From NCBI GenBank assembly GCA_965262675.1, contig OZ253554.1, positions 3,220,640 through 3,284,639 of the forward strand: 64,000 bases of DNA, given 5' to 3'. The notes beneath the pieces were generated by a model, which saw only the letters and a list, made by a program, of their open reading frames with translations, ran no database searches and was not told the origin of the DNA. Made by a program: the position numbers and the translations under genes. This document shows, one piece after another, positions 55,939 through 64,000 of this stretch; within the stretch, counting starts at the first letter, position 1, and every line of letters begins with the position of its first letter. The DNA is from Terriglobia bacterium. Its GTDB lineage: Bacteria; Acidobacteriota; Terriglobia; 20CM-2-55-15.

Positions 55939-56977
55939 CCGGCTGCTGCTGACTGCAGCAGTGAAGGGTTCCGAGACCATGGAGCAGGGCCGTGGAACCG
56001 ACGCCCACAACCCGGTGGGACGGAAAACAGGACTGGATCGCCGCCAAGGCGGTCCGGTCTTTTTGGGGTTGTCCGAACGTCGGCACGACCACGACACCGT
56101 TTCCAATATAGAAGTTGGCATAGCTTGCCGGCAACCGGCCCTCGGGTCCGATGATCGGATCCGGCATCGGAAGTTTCAGCACGCCAAGTTTCCGACCCTC
56201 TTCATCCCTTGCCGCAACCAGACGTGCGTAACAGTCCTTGAGAATCCCATGGTTTTCGTCGGCCGGATCGTCCTCGAAAGCAACCAGAACGGTTGTCGGA
56301 TCGACGAACCGCGCGATGTCGTCGATATGGCCGTCGGTGTCGTCGCCGGCGATGCCCTCCGACAGCCAGATCGCGTTCGAGGCGCCAAGAAATTCTCTCA
56401 GGATGTTCTCGATTTCGGAACGCCCCAGATGCGGATTCCGGTTCGGGTTTAACAGGCACTGTTCGGTTGTCAGCACCGTCCCGCGCCCGTTCACATCGAT
56501 CGAACCGCCTTCGAGTACGATGCCGGGGTCGAACACGGGCAAATCCAGATGCCGGTTCATCTGGGCCGGCACGCGGGCGTCGGCCTTCAGGTCCGCGTAC
56601 TTGTCTCCCCACGCATTGAACGTCCACCGGACCATGGCCGTCTTCCGGGTCCGATCGTTTACTACGAAGGTTGGACCGTAGTCCCGGATCCAACTGTCCA
56701 CGGTCTCGATCGGGTAAAAACGGAGCCGCGATTCGACACCGCGATGACCCAGGGATTCGACCGCGGTGGCCCGAACCTCTTCATTGTCGACCAGGAGTGC
56801 AACGCGTTGCCGATTCGAAAGGGCGGCAATAACCTCGACATAGGTCTGTCGAACATCGGCGATCCGATCCCGACCCCAGGTTTCGAGGTTCGTCGGCCAC
56901 GCCAACCAGACGCATTCCTGCCGCTCCCACTCGGCCGGCATCCGGTAACCGAGCGACCACGGTGTGGGCCGATTCAT
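55928..56977 (-). CDS. aguA: Agmatine deiminase
   Basis: 'RMPAEW', 'WIRDYGP', 'FNAWG.KY', 'LEGGSI', 'DDTDGHID', 'SYANFY', 'GTLHCCSQQQP'. Confidence 0.92.
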   Translation of the reverse strand: MNRPTPWSLGYRMPAEWERQECVWLAWPTNLETWGRDRIADVRQTYVEVIAALSNRQRVALLVDNEEVRATAVESLGHRGVESRLRFYPIETVDSWIRDYGPTFVVNDRTRKTAMVRWTFNAWGDKYADLKADARVPAQMNRHLDLPVFDPGIVLEGGSIDVNGRGTVLTTEQCLLNPNRNPHLGRSEIENILREFLGASNAIWLSEGIAGDDTDGHIDDIARFVDPTTVLVAFEDDPADENHGILKDCYARLVAARDEEGRKLGVLKLPMPDPIIGPEGRLPASYANFYIGNGVVVVPTFGQPQKDRTALAAIQSCFPSHRVVGVGSTALLHGLGTLHCCSQQQPVTP

Positions 56978-57852
56978 CGAACAAGATCCCGATAGGTATC
57001 CGGACGCCGGTTTTTGAGAAATCCCCAGCCGTCCCGGGACTCTCGCACCCGGTCGAGGTCGATCTCGACGACCAGCACCTCCTCGCGGGTCGATGACGCC
57101 CGGGCGATAACCTGACCGAACGGATCGGCAACGAACGAACCGCCCCAGAACGTCAGGCCGCCCTCCTTTCCGACACGGTTGACGGCAACTGCAAATACAC
57201 CGTTCATGGACGCGTGAGCCCTCATCGCGTCTTCCCAACGCCGGGCCGAAAACGGTTCCTCCCGACGCAGTTCACCGAACCAGCCAATGGCCGTCGGATA
57301 AAAAAGCACTTCCGCACCACGTATGGCGTTGGCCCTGGCCGCCTCCGGAAACCACTGGTCGTAACAGACCAGGGGCGCGACCCGGGTTTTGGGCGTATCG
57401 GCCTGTACGTATCCCAGATTCCCCGGCGCAAAGTAATACTGCTCGTAGTACATGGGGTCGTGTGGGATATGCACCTTGCGGTACTTGGCTGCCCGATTTC
57501 CATCGGGACCAAGGACGAGGGTCGTGTTGTACCGCCTTCCATCGCGCCCCTTCTCGTACATCGAACCGCCCACCAACGTCACACGGTTATTGGCGGCTGC
57601 GGACGACAGAAACCGGGAAATTTTTCCTGGAATCGGCTCCGCGGTGTCCAGAACAGAGGGGTCTTCGGACTGCGCGAAGTAGGGACCGGCGAAGAGTTCC
57701 TGAAGACAAACGATCTCGGCGCCCCGTTCCGCCGCATCCCGAATGCAGGCGGCGGCATGCGCGAGATTGAGATCCATGCCGCGCGTAGATCGCATCTGGA
57801 CAAGGCCAATCCGCAACGGTCTGTTTCGGTGCTGTTCGGACGGCTTCGTCAC
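56974..57852 (-). CDS. aguB: Carbon-nitrogen hydrolase, N-carbamoylputrescine amidase-like
   Basis: 'CLQELF', 'YRKVHIP.DP.YYEQYYFAPG', 'VCYDQWFPEAAR', 'YPTAIGW'; GTG after GGAGG. Confidence 0.88.
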   Translation of the reverse strand: MTKPSEQHRNRPLRIGLVQMRSTRGMDLNLAHAAACIRDAAERGAEIVCLQELFAGPYFAQSEDPSVLDTAEPIPGKISRFLSSAAANNRVTLVGGSMYEKGRDGRRYNTTLVLGPDGNRAAKYRKVHIPHDPMYYEQYYFAPGNLGYVQADTPKTRVAPLVCYDQWFPEAARANAIRGAEVLFYPTAIGWFGELRREEPFSARRWEDAMRAHASMNGVFAVAVNRVGKEGGLTFWGGSFVADPFGQVIARASSTREEVLVVEIDLDRVRESRDGWGFLKNRRPDTYRDLVR

Positions 57853-58056
57853 GGTACTTCCTCCGGGCAACCCATCGTCGCATACCCGGATGACAGCTTC
57901 CAACCGACGGGACCTTCGTTGACCCAACCTTGCTACACTACGCAATATGAAGCGTGTGCTCAAAAAGCCCGAGAGGCGCTTCCCGGGAACAGGCATGCAT
58001 GCAAACCGGGAACCGGCCAAGGGATGGCGGCACTCCGGCGCCAGGAATTCAATCGA

Positions 58057-59523
58057 ATGAGCAGTCCTCCGAAAACCGTTCCGCCCACGATGGTTGCCGC
58101 GGGCCTCTTGGCCTGCCTGCTGGTTGGCTTCGGAACGCAGTTTCTTGCCACGCAAACCGGCGACGAAGCCGGCCGCCTGGCGATCTACTTCGAAGACGGA
58201 CCGTTTATTGCGGAAACGTCCGTTCGAAACGGAACCACGTACCTGTCGGTCATCGAACTGGTCCGCCGCATGACCCTTCCCTACACGGATGCCACGGCAA
58301 CTGAAACTTTTACGATCCGGGGGCCGGGAGCGACGCTCGAAATTCGCAATGGCAGCACGACGCTGACACTCGGTACGCGCAGTATCGAAATGGGGGCGCC
58401 GGCGTCGCGGGAAACGGGGCGATGGTGGGTTCCCATGGAGTTTCTGACACTCGGTTTGGCCGACGCCTCAGGCGTCCGTTTTCGGTACGACGATCCGAGC
58501 CCCCGCGTGTTCGCGGGTACGGTCGTCCCGACGTTGCTCGACATGAACGCCGCACAAACTGAAGCCGGCACCCGTCTGACGATCCGCACCGGCCAGAGCG
58601 TGAACGTCCGCGTCCAGCAGGATCCGGCGGCGAATCGCGTCGTCCTCTCCATTGACCCTTCCCCGCTCGACCCCACGCGGGAAGCGTTGGAATATCGCGA
58701 TGGTTCGATCCGCGCGGTCAGGTTCGACGACTCGGAGGGCGTGGCCCGGATCGTGATCGATACCACCGAACAGTTGGCAAACGTCCGTCTCGTACCGACA
58801 GATGAGAACCGAACCTTTCATTTGGATTTCGTCCCCGAGAACACGCCTCCTGAAACCGTCACGGGCCAACCCGCCACCTCGCCGGATCCGCTGTCGTCTG
58901 CCGGCACGGCACGAGTGATCCTGATTGACCCGGGACACGGTGGACTCGATAACGGCGCCAGTGCCCACGGCATTCTGGAAAAGGATCTGACCCTGGCTTT
59001 TGCCCGTCGATTGCGCTCCGCGCTCCAATCCCGGTTCGATGCCACGGTGATTATGACCCGCGATGACGATCGCGAAATGAGCCAGGAGGAACGGGCCACC
59101 ATCGCGAACAATAGCGCCGGGGACCTCTTGATCGGTCTGCATGTTGGGTATTCGTTCGATCGCACCGAATCCAGTTCGTCGCTCTTTGTCATGCACCCGA
59201 TTCCAGGCCGGGACGGCGAGGCGCCATCTGAAGAGGCTCTCTTTCAGCCGTGGTACCGGGCATACATGCAAACCGGCGCCGAAAGCCGGCGTTTCGCCGA
59301 AATCCTTCACCGGAATCTGGACTCCGCGATCCGGCGCTGGGAGTTTCCGGTCCGGCAAGCGCCCGTGGGACTTCTGGCCAGTACGACGATGCCCGCGGTA
59401 ATCGTCGAGCTCGGGAACGCGAATAACGAGGGTGATCTGGCAATGCTCAACGATCCGGACGTTCAGGACGGTATCGTCGCAGCGATCCTCGATACGATCG
59501 GGACGTACGGCGGAGGGACGTGA
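58057..59523 (+). CDS. N-acetylmuramoyl-L-alanine amidase (Amidase_3)
   Basis: 'IDPGHGG.D.GA...EKDL.L', 'MTRDDD...ER...AN', 'LH', 'PAVIVELG'. Confidence 0.88.
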   Translation: MSSPPKTVPPTMVAAGLLACLLVGFGTQFLATQTGDEAGRLAIYFEDGPFIAETSVRNGTTYLSVIELVRRMTLPYTDATATETFTIRGPGATLEIRNGSTTLTLGTRSIEMGAPASRETGRWWVPMEFLTLGLADASGVRFRYDDPSPRVFAGTVVPTLLDMNAAQTEAGTRLTIRTGQSVNVRVQQDPAANRVVLSIDPSPLDPTREALEYRDGSIRAVRFDDSEGVARIVIDTTEQLANVRLVPTDENRTFHLDFVPENTPPETVTGQPATSPDPLSSAGTARVILIDPGHGGLDNGASAHGILEKDLTLAFARRLRSALQSRFDATVIMTRDDDREMSQEERATIANNSAGDLLIGLHVGYSFDRTESSSSLFVMHPIPGRDGEAPSEEALFQPWYRAYMQTGAESRRFAEILHRNLDSAIRRWEFPVRQAPVGLLASTTMPAVIVELGNANNEGDLAMLNDPDVQDGIVAAILDTIGTYGGGT

Positions 59524-59526
59524 ACG

Positions 59527-60168
59527 ATGAGGCGGCAAATGCTCCTCAGTCTCGGAATCATGGCGGTCGCCACGTTATTGAGCGTGATCTACCTTTTCGA
59601 CGTCACCCGTATGGTTCGGACCAGCGCGGAAATCGACGAAGAAGATGCCGGTTTCACCGAACCGGAGCCGCCGCTTTTCGAGCCAACCGACCTCCCGAGG
59701 GAGATCCGGATGTTCTTTCCCGCCACGAACAACGACCTGCTCGTTCGAACCCGCAGGATGACCATTTACGAGTCTTCGGAACCGGTCAACCAGGCGCGGC
59801 AGATCATCGATCACCTGATCGCGGGGCCCGGAAACAACAACCTGTTCATGTCACTACCGGAGGGAACCGAACTCAACGAACTGTTCATTTCCGAAGACGG
59901 CGTCGCGTACGTCGATTTCAACAGCGCCCTGTCGGACAATCATCCCGGCGGAATACTCCCCGAACAGGCGACGATTTATTCCATCGTCAATTCCCTCGCC
60001 TACAACCTCGACAGCATCGAACGGGTGAAAATCCTGATCGGCGGAACCGAAAAAGAGACGCTGGCTGGGCATTGCCTCATTCTGTTACCGTTGCAGACTG
60101 ATCTGACGATCACCGATATTGCCTACCAAGCCGAGTCGGTGGCGGAAAACGCCGGCCAGATACCGTGA
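59527..60168 (+). CDS. GerMN domain-containing protein
   Basis: 'LIAGP...LPEGTEL...GVAYVDF...HPGG...IYSIVNSL...VKILIGG...TLAGH'. Confidence 0.88.
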   Translation: MRRQMLLSLGIMAVATLLSVIYLFDVTRMVRTSAEIDEEDAGFTEPEPPLFEPTDLPREIRMFFPATNNDLLVRTRRMTIYESSEPVNQARQIIDHLIAGPGNNNLFMSLPEGTELNELFISEDGVAYVDFNSALSDNHPGGILPEQATIYSIVNSLAYNLDSIERVKILIGGTEKETLAGHCLILLPLQTDLTITDIAYQAESVAENAGQIP

Positions 60169-60222
60169 CGGCGATAGCCTTCGTAACGGCACCGAACGGA
60201 ACGCGCTGACTGAAAGGAATCG

Positions 60223-60951
60223 ATGCGAGACGACGGACGACGGCCCGACCAACTGCGACCGGTAATCATCACACCCGATTTCATTCCCCACGCCGAAGGC
60301 TCGGTTCTGATCGAGGTCGGCCGGACACGCGTAATCTGCACCGCGACGGTCGAAGACGCTGTTCCCCGGTTCATGAGGGGATCGAACAAGGGTTGGGTCA
60401 CGGCCGAATATTCGATGCTGCCACGCGCAACCGAAAGCAGAACCCCCAGAGAGGCGTCGGTTGGAAAACGGTCCGGTCGAACCCAGGAAATTCAACGATT
60501 GATCGGACGTTCGCTGCGCTCGTCGGCCAATCTGGAGCGGTTGGGCGAACGCACGATATGGGTCGACTGCGACGTCATCGAAGCCGATGGCGGGACCCGC
60601 ACCGCGTCGATCACCGGGGCGTTCGTGGCAATGGTCCGGGCAATGGATACGCTCGTGTCCGACAAGGTCGTCGAGTCGCTTCCATTGCGGTCCAGCCTGG
60701 CCGCCGTCAGTGTCGGGATCGTCAAGGGTACGCCGATGCTGGATCTGAACTACGAAGAAGACTCCGCCGCGGAAGTGGATTTCAATGTCGTCATGACCGG
60801 TGGCAGCGAGTTTGTCGAAGTTCAGGGCACGGCCGAACGTCAGCCGTTTCCACGGCAACGCCTGGACGAGCTTCTGGATCTCGCCCAATCGGGCATCGCC
60901 CAGCTGATCGAAGCGCAACGGTCGATCATCGGCACGGTTCCCCAATGGTGA
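60223..60951 (+). CDS. rph: Ribonuclease PH
   Basis: '[14 protein letters not shown]', '[15 protein letters not shown]', '[12 protein letters not shown]', 'EVQGTAE'. Confidence 0.96.
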   Translation: MRDDGRRPDQLRPVIITPDFIPHAEGSVLIEVGRTRVICTATVEDAVPRFMRGSNKGWVTAEYSMLPRATESRTPREASVGKRSGRTQEIQRLIGRSLRSSANLERLGERTIWVDCDVIEADGGTRTASITGAFVAMVRAMDTLVSDKVVESLPLRSSLAAVSVGIVKGTPMLDLNYEEDSAAEVDFNVVMTGGSEFVEVQGTAERQPFPRQRLDELLDLAQSGIAQLIEAQRSIIGTVPQW

Positions 60952-61538
60952 AGCGGCTCGTCGTTGCCAGTACCAACCCGGGTAAGGCCCACGAAATCAC
61001 GGCTGGATTGGAAGGTCTGGATGAATGGTCCGTCGAGGCGCTGCCCGCCGGCCTGCCGGTCGCCGAAGAAACTGGCGCCGCCTTTACCGAAAATGCCATC
61101 CAGAAAGCCGAGTTCTACAGTGGACTCCTGGGAAACACGGTCTGGGTGGTCGCCGACGATTCAGGGCTGGTCGTGGACGCGCTTGGCGGGCGGCCCGGCA
61201 TCAAGTCCTCCCGCTACGCGCCCACCGACGACGCGCGCAATCTGAAACTCCTGGCGGAGATGAGGGGTGTCGAACCAAACCGGCGGTCGGCCCGTTTCAT
61301 CTGCGCACTGGCTCTTGCACGAAACGGCAGGACGCTCTGGAAAGCCGAGGCCCATGTCGACGGGGCGGTGGCAGTCGATCCGGCAGGAGAGAACGGCTTT
61401 GGATACGACCCCCTGTTCTGGGTTCCTGAATTCGGACAGACCATGGGACAGTTGCCGCCGGAAACCAAGAACCGAATCAGCCACCGCGGCCAAGCCCTCG
61501 CGATGCTGCGAACCTGCCTTGAAACCGGGAACTTTTAG
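60945..61538 (+). CDS. rdgB: Non-canonical purine NTP pyrophosphatase
   Basis: 'STNPGK..E', 'ADDSGL.VDALGG.PG..S.R', 'GFGYDPLF', 'KNRISHRG'. Confidence 0.94.
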   Translation: MVKRLVVASTNPGKAHEITAGLEGLDEWSVEALPAGLPVAEETGAAFTENAIQKAEFYSGLLGNTVWVVADDSGLVVDALGGRPGIKSSRYAPTDDARNLKLLAEMRGVEPNRRSARFICALALARNGRTLWKAEAHVDGAVAVDPAGENGFGYDPLFWVPEFGQTMGQLPPETKNRISHRGQALAMLRTCLETGNF

Positions 61539-61630
61539 TTGTTTTCAGCATGCGAGCGGCCATTGGCCGAACGCCGCATTAAACGCTATCAGATCTGGCA
61601 GGTCTAATCGGATATGACAGGAGGCCGCCC

Positions 61631-62272
61631 ATGACTTCGGTATTGATCGCCGTATTGCTTTTGGGACCGGTTGGCGCTACCGGCCAGGGTCCCAGAGATC
61701 TCGATTTGCCTGGAGAGATCCAGCCGTTTCTCGTCGTGCCGGAAGGCACTGTCATCCCGATCGTGTTGACAAGCGAAATCTCGACCAGGAACGCCAAGGA
61801 AGGCGACGGCGTTTACGGCCGCACGGTATTCCCCATCACCGTGGACAATCAGATCGTGATTCCGGTCAACAGCTATGTCCGCGGGCGTATTGTCGGTTCC
61901 GAGCGCGCGGGAAGAATCAGCGGGAAAGCCGAACTGACGATCAACTTCCAAACCATCGTGCTGCCCAGCGGTCTGACATTGTCGATCTTCGGCAGCCTGG
62001 GAGGAATTGGCGGTACGACGGGCGAACGGCGCGGTGAGGCCACCGTGGAGGCCGACTCGGGCACGGGCGCGGATGCGGCGACAATTGGAACCAACGCGGG
62101 AATCGGCGCAGGCGTTGGCGCCATCGGCGGGGGAGCGAGAGGCATCGGCATCGGCGCAGGCGTGGGCGCTGCCGCCGGAGTCGCCCAGGTCTTGCTGGGA
62201 CGCGGAGAAGATGTGGTCCTCCGGCCCGGCACGATGATCGAAATCGTTCTCGACGTACCTCTGGAACCTTGA
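61631..62272 (+). CDS. Exported hypothetical protein with a VirB10/TrbI-like domain and glycine zipper
   Basis: 'VPEGTVIPIVL', 'GRISGKAELTI', GAGVGAIGGG zipper; paralogue of 785..1696. Confidence 0.7.
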   Translation: MTSVLIAVLLLGPVGATGQGPRDLDLPGEIQPFLVVPEGTVIPIVLTSEISTRNAKEGDGVYGRTVFPITVDNQIVIPVNSYVRGRIVGSERAGRISGKAELTINFQTIVLPSGLTLSIFGSLGGIGGTTGERRGEATVEADSGTGADAATIGTNAGIGAGVGAIGGGARGIGIGAGVGAAAGVAQVLLGRGEDVVLRPGTMIEIVLDVPLEP

Positions 62273-62448
62273 AGGTCGAGGCGCAACTCCGCACTCCGCC
62301 GGGTCGCCTTCCCACGACGAGATGACGCTTTCGAGGATTCCGATTCACGTCCCGGAAAACAGGAAGCGCGGCCCGTGCCAGGGCGATCGGAGGAGGGTCA
62401 AGGCATCGAAGCGAAAACCTTCCCTATGGAAATCCCATGGATCCGCCT

Positions 62449-62477
62449 TTGCAACCGTCCTCCTTTTGAATTACCTT
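62449..62477 (+). promoter_or_regulatory. Putative sigma70 promoter of tRNA-Pro
   Basis: TTGCAA-17 bp-TACCTT, ending 8 nt before the tRNA. Confidence 0.45.
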
Positions 62478-62485
62478 GGACACGA

Positions 62486-62560
62486 CGGGGCGTAGCGCAG
62501 CCTGGTTAGCGCGCCTGCTTTGGGAGCAGGAGGTCCCCAGTTCGAATCTGGGCGCCCCGA
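62486..62560 (+). tRNA. tRNA-Pro(TGG)
   Basis: Acceptor CGGGGCG/CGCCCCG; anticodon arm CCTGC-TTTGGGA-GCAGG; T arm CCCAG-TTCGAAT-CTGGG. Confidence 0.95.
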
Positions 62561-62598
62561 CTTTTAGAATCAAAGAGATACATGGATTTTGGCATATC

Positions 62599-63084
62599 TG
62601 TTTGTACCGTAAACTCCGTCCGCACTGAAAACATTGCAGTTACAGGATTCCGGCGACAAGCTTCGGTGGCCATGATACGAGTGATTTGTTGCCTGATGGC
62701 CGCGCTGTGTTAAGTGTCTTTGCGCCGAACCCTGAAATTGTACTTTCTCTACTACTGGCATTCGCGGACTCACTTGGCGCTGGAGAAGGATTCCCCACAG
62801 ACGAGAGCAGTTCAGCTCCTCGGAACTGGGCCTGTTGTGGAACTGCCACAAGTCGGCGGGTTACACCATCGTTACGAACGCCGCGCCGCCTGAACCGTCA
62901 GACAGATCGTGACCGCACGCAATCGACGTACACAAAGTTTTGTCAATACCCTGCTGAATCTCCGAATCGGATCTCCGTATGAACGGTCATGCCGAACCTG
63001 ACGGTCATCTCGAACGCGGAAAGTAGCGTTTCGCCGTACACGATCTGACCGATTTCGAGTGCGATGGAGTTTCTGGTAGGGACA
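62599..63084 (+). mobile_element. Internally deleted IS (integrase-core/IS481-like transposase remnant)
   Basis: Imperfect TGT...ACA terminal IRs; 62720-62893 encodes LRRTLKLYFLYYWHSRTHLALEKDSP...VGGLHHRYERRAA*, a transposase C-terminus with no catalytic core. Confidence 0.78.
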
Positions 63085-63108
63085 ACCCGTTATGATGGAC
63101 GATTGACT

Positions 63109-64000
63109 GTGCCGCCCACCAACATCGCTGTTCTGGCAGAAAAGCCGTCCGTTGCACGAGACATCGCCCGCGTCCTGGGTGCCGGCAAGAAAGGCGATGG
63201 ATTTCTTCACGGCAATGGCTATGTAGTTACGTGGGCAATCGGGCACCTTGCATCGCTCGCTCAACCGCACGAGATCGATCCCACCTGGAAACAGTGGCGA
63301 CTCGACACACTCCCGATGCTGCCCAGCCGATGGCCGCTCGTGGTCTACGAGAAGACAAGTCACCAGTTTGAGGTCGTCAAGAGGATCCTGCGTTCCGAGA
63401 GAATCTCGGAACTCGTGTGCGCGACCGATGCCGGACGTGAAGGGGAACTGATCTTCCGGTACATCTACGAAGCCGTCGAATGTGGAAAGCCGTTCCGGCG
63501 TTTATGGATCTCCTCACTCACAGCCGATGCCGTTCGAAAAGGTTTTGAGACGTTGCAACCCGGTGCCGACTACGATTGGCTGGCCAACGCCGCGAGGGGA
63601 CGAAGCCGCGCCGACTGGCTGGTCGGTATGAATCTTTCGCGGGCGTACTCCCTCACATTCAACGAAGAGCTGTCGGTGGGCCGCGTGCAGACGCCAACGC
63701 TGGCGATGATCGTGGAGCGCGAACTGGCGATCCGGAGTTTCGTCGTCGAAGAGTATCTCGAAGTTCATGCCACGTTTCGGACCGGCGGCGGAGTCGATTC
63801 GTATCGAGGCGTGTTCGAAAAACGTCTCCCAAAAGACGGCGTCCAGGCCACGGCCATCGTCGAGCGCGCGCGAACGGGCACGGCTTCGGTCGAATCGGCC
63901 GAGGCCAACACGCGACGCCAGGAACCGCAACTGCTCTACGACCTCACCGAACTGCAGCGGTCTGCGAACCGTTTATTCGGGTTCAGCGCGCAGCGGACTC
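63109..64000 (+). CDS. topB: DNA topoisomerase III, 3' partial (not in the ORF track)
   Basis: VLAEKPSVARDIARVLG...VTWAIGHL...CATDAGREGELIF...ADWLVGMNLSR...SVGRVQTPTL; runs off the window end. Confidence 0.92.
   Translation, partial: MPPTNIAVLAEKPSVARDIARVLGAGKKGDGFLHGNGYVVTWAIGHLASLAQPHEIDPTWKQWRLDTLPMLPSRWPLVVYEKTSHQFEVVKRILRSERISELVCATDAGREGELIFRYIYEAVECGKPFRRLWISSLTADAVRKGFETLQPGADYDWLANAARGRSRADWLVGMNLSRAYSLTFNEELSVGRVQTPTLAMIVERELAIRSFVVEEYLEVHATFRTGGGVDSYRGVFEKRLPKDGVQATAIVERARTGTASVESAEANTRRQEPQLLYDLTELQRSANRLFGFSAQRT

Overview
A GC-rich bacterial chromosomal window. The gene content (DUF6152, DUF1592/DUF1552, a Tes-like radical SAM gene, amidase-GerMN-rph-rdgB) suggests Acidobacteriota, but that is inference. 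Core genes include korAB, trxB, folB, an Sdh1-type succinate dehydrogenase, malonyl-CoA decarboxylase, aguAB, rph, rdgB, a partial topB, tRNA-Arg(TCT) and tRNA-Pro(TGG). From about 10.5 to 36 kb lies a block of uncharacterised exported proteins. It holds three DUF6152 proteins with a His-His mature N-terminus, five paralogues of a 'WEGDTL' family, an ankyrin-DUF1592-DUF1552 operon and two PQQ-type beta-propeller dehydrogenases. From about 43.9 to 53.8 kb lies a defence island: a type I Zorya operon whose ZorD stops where the Mrr-like nuclease should begin, then a co-oriented TAG-interrupted 681-codon frame ending in a HEPN-like domain, a 110-bp MITE with a target-site duplication and a higA pseudogene. 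Also seen are a Tes/GDGT-MAS-like radical SAM gene lacking the N-terminal auxiliary-cluster cysteines, a 55-bp tandem array, GTAG-type REPs, an in-frame amber in the Sdh anchor gene, a 39-aa membrane ORF missed by the ORF track and an internally deleted IS next to tRNA-Pro. All family calls come from motif recognition by eye; no searches were run.
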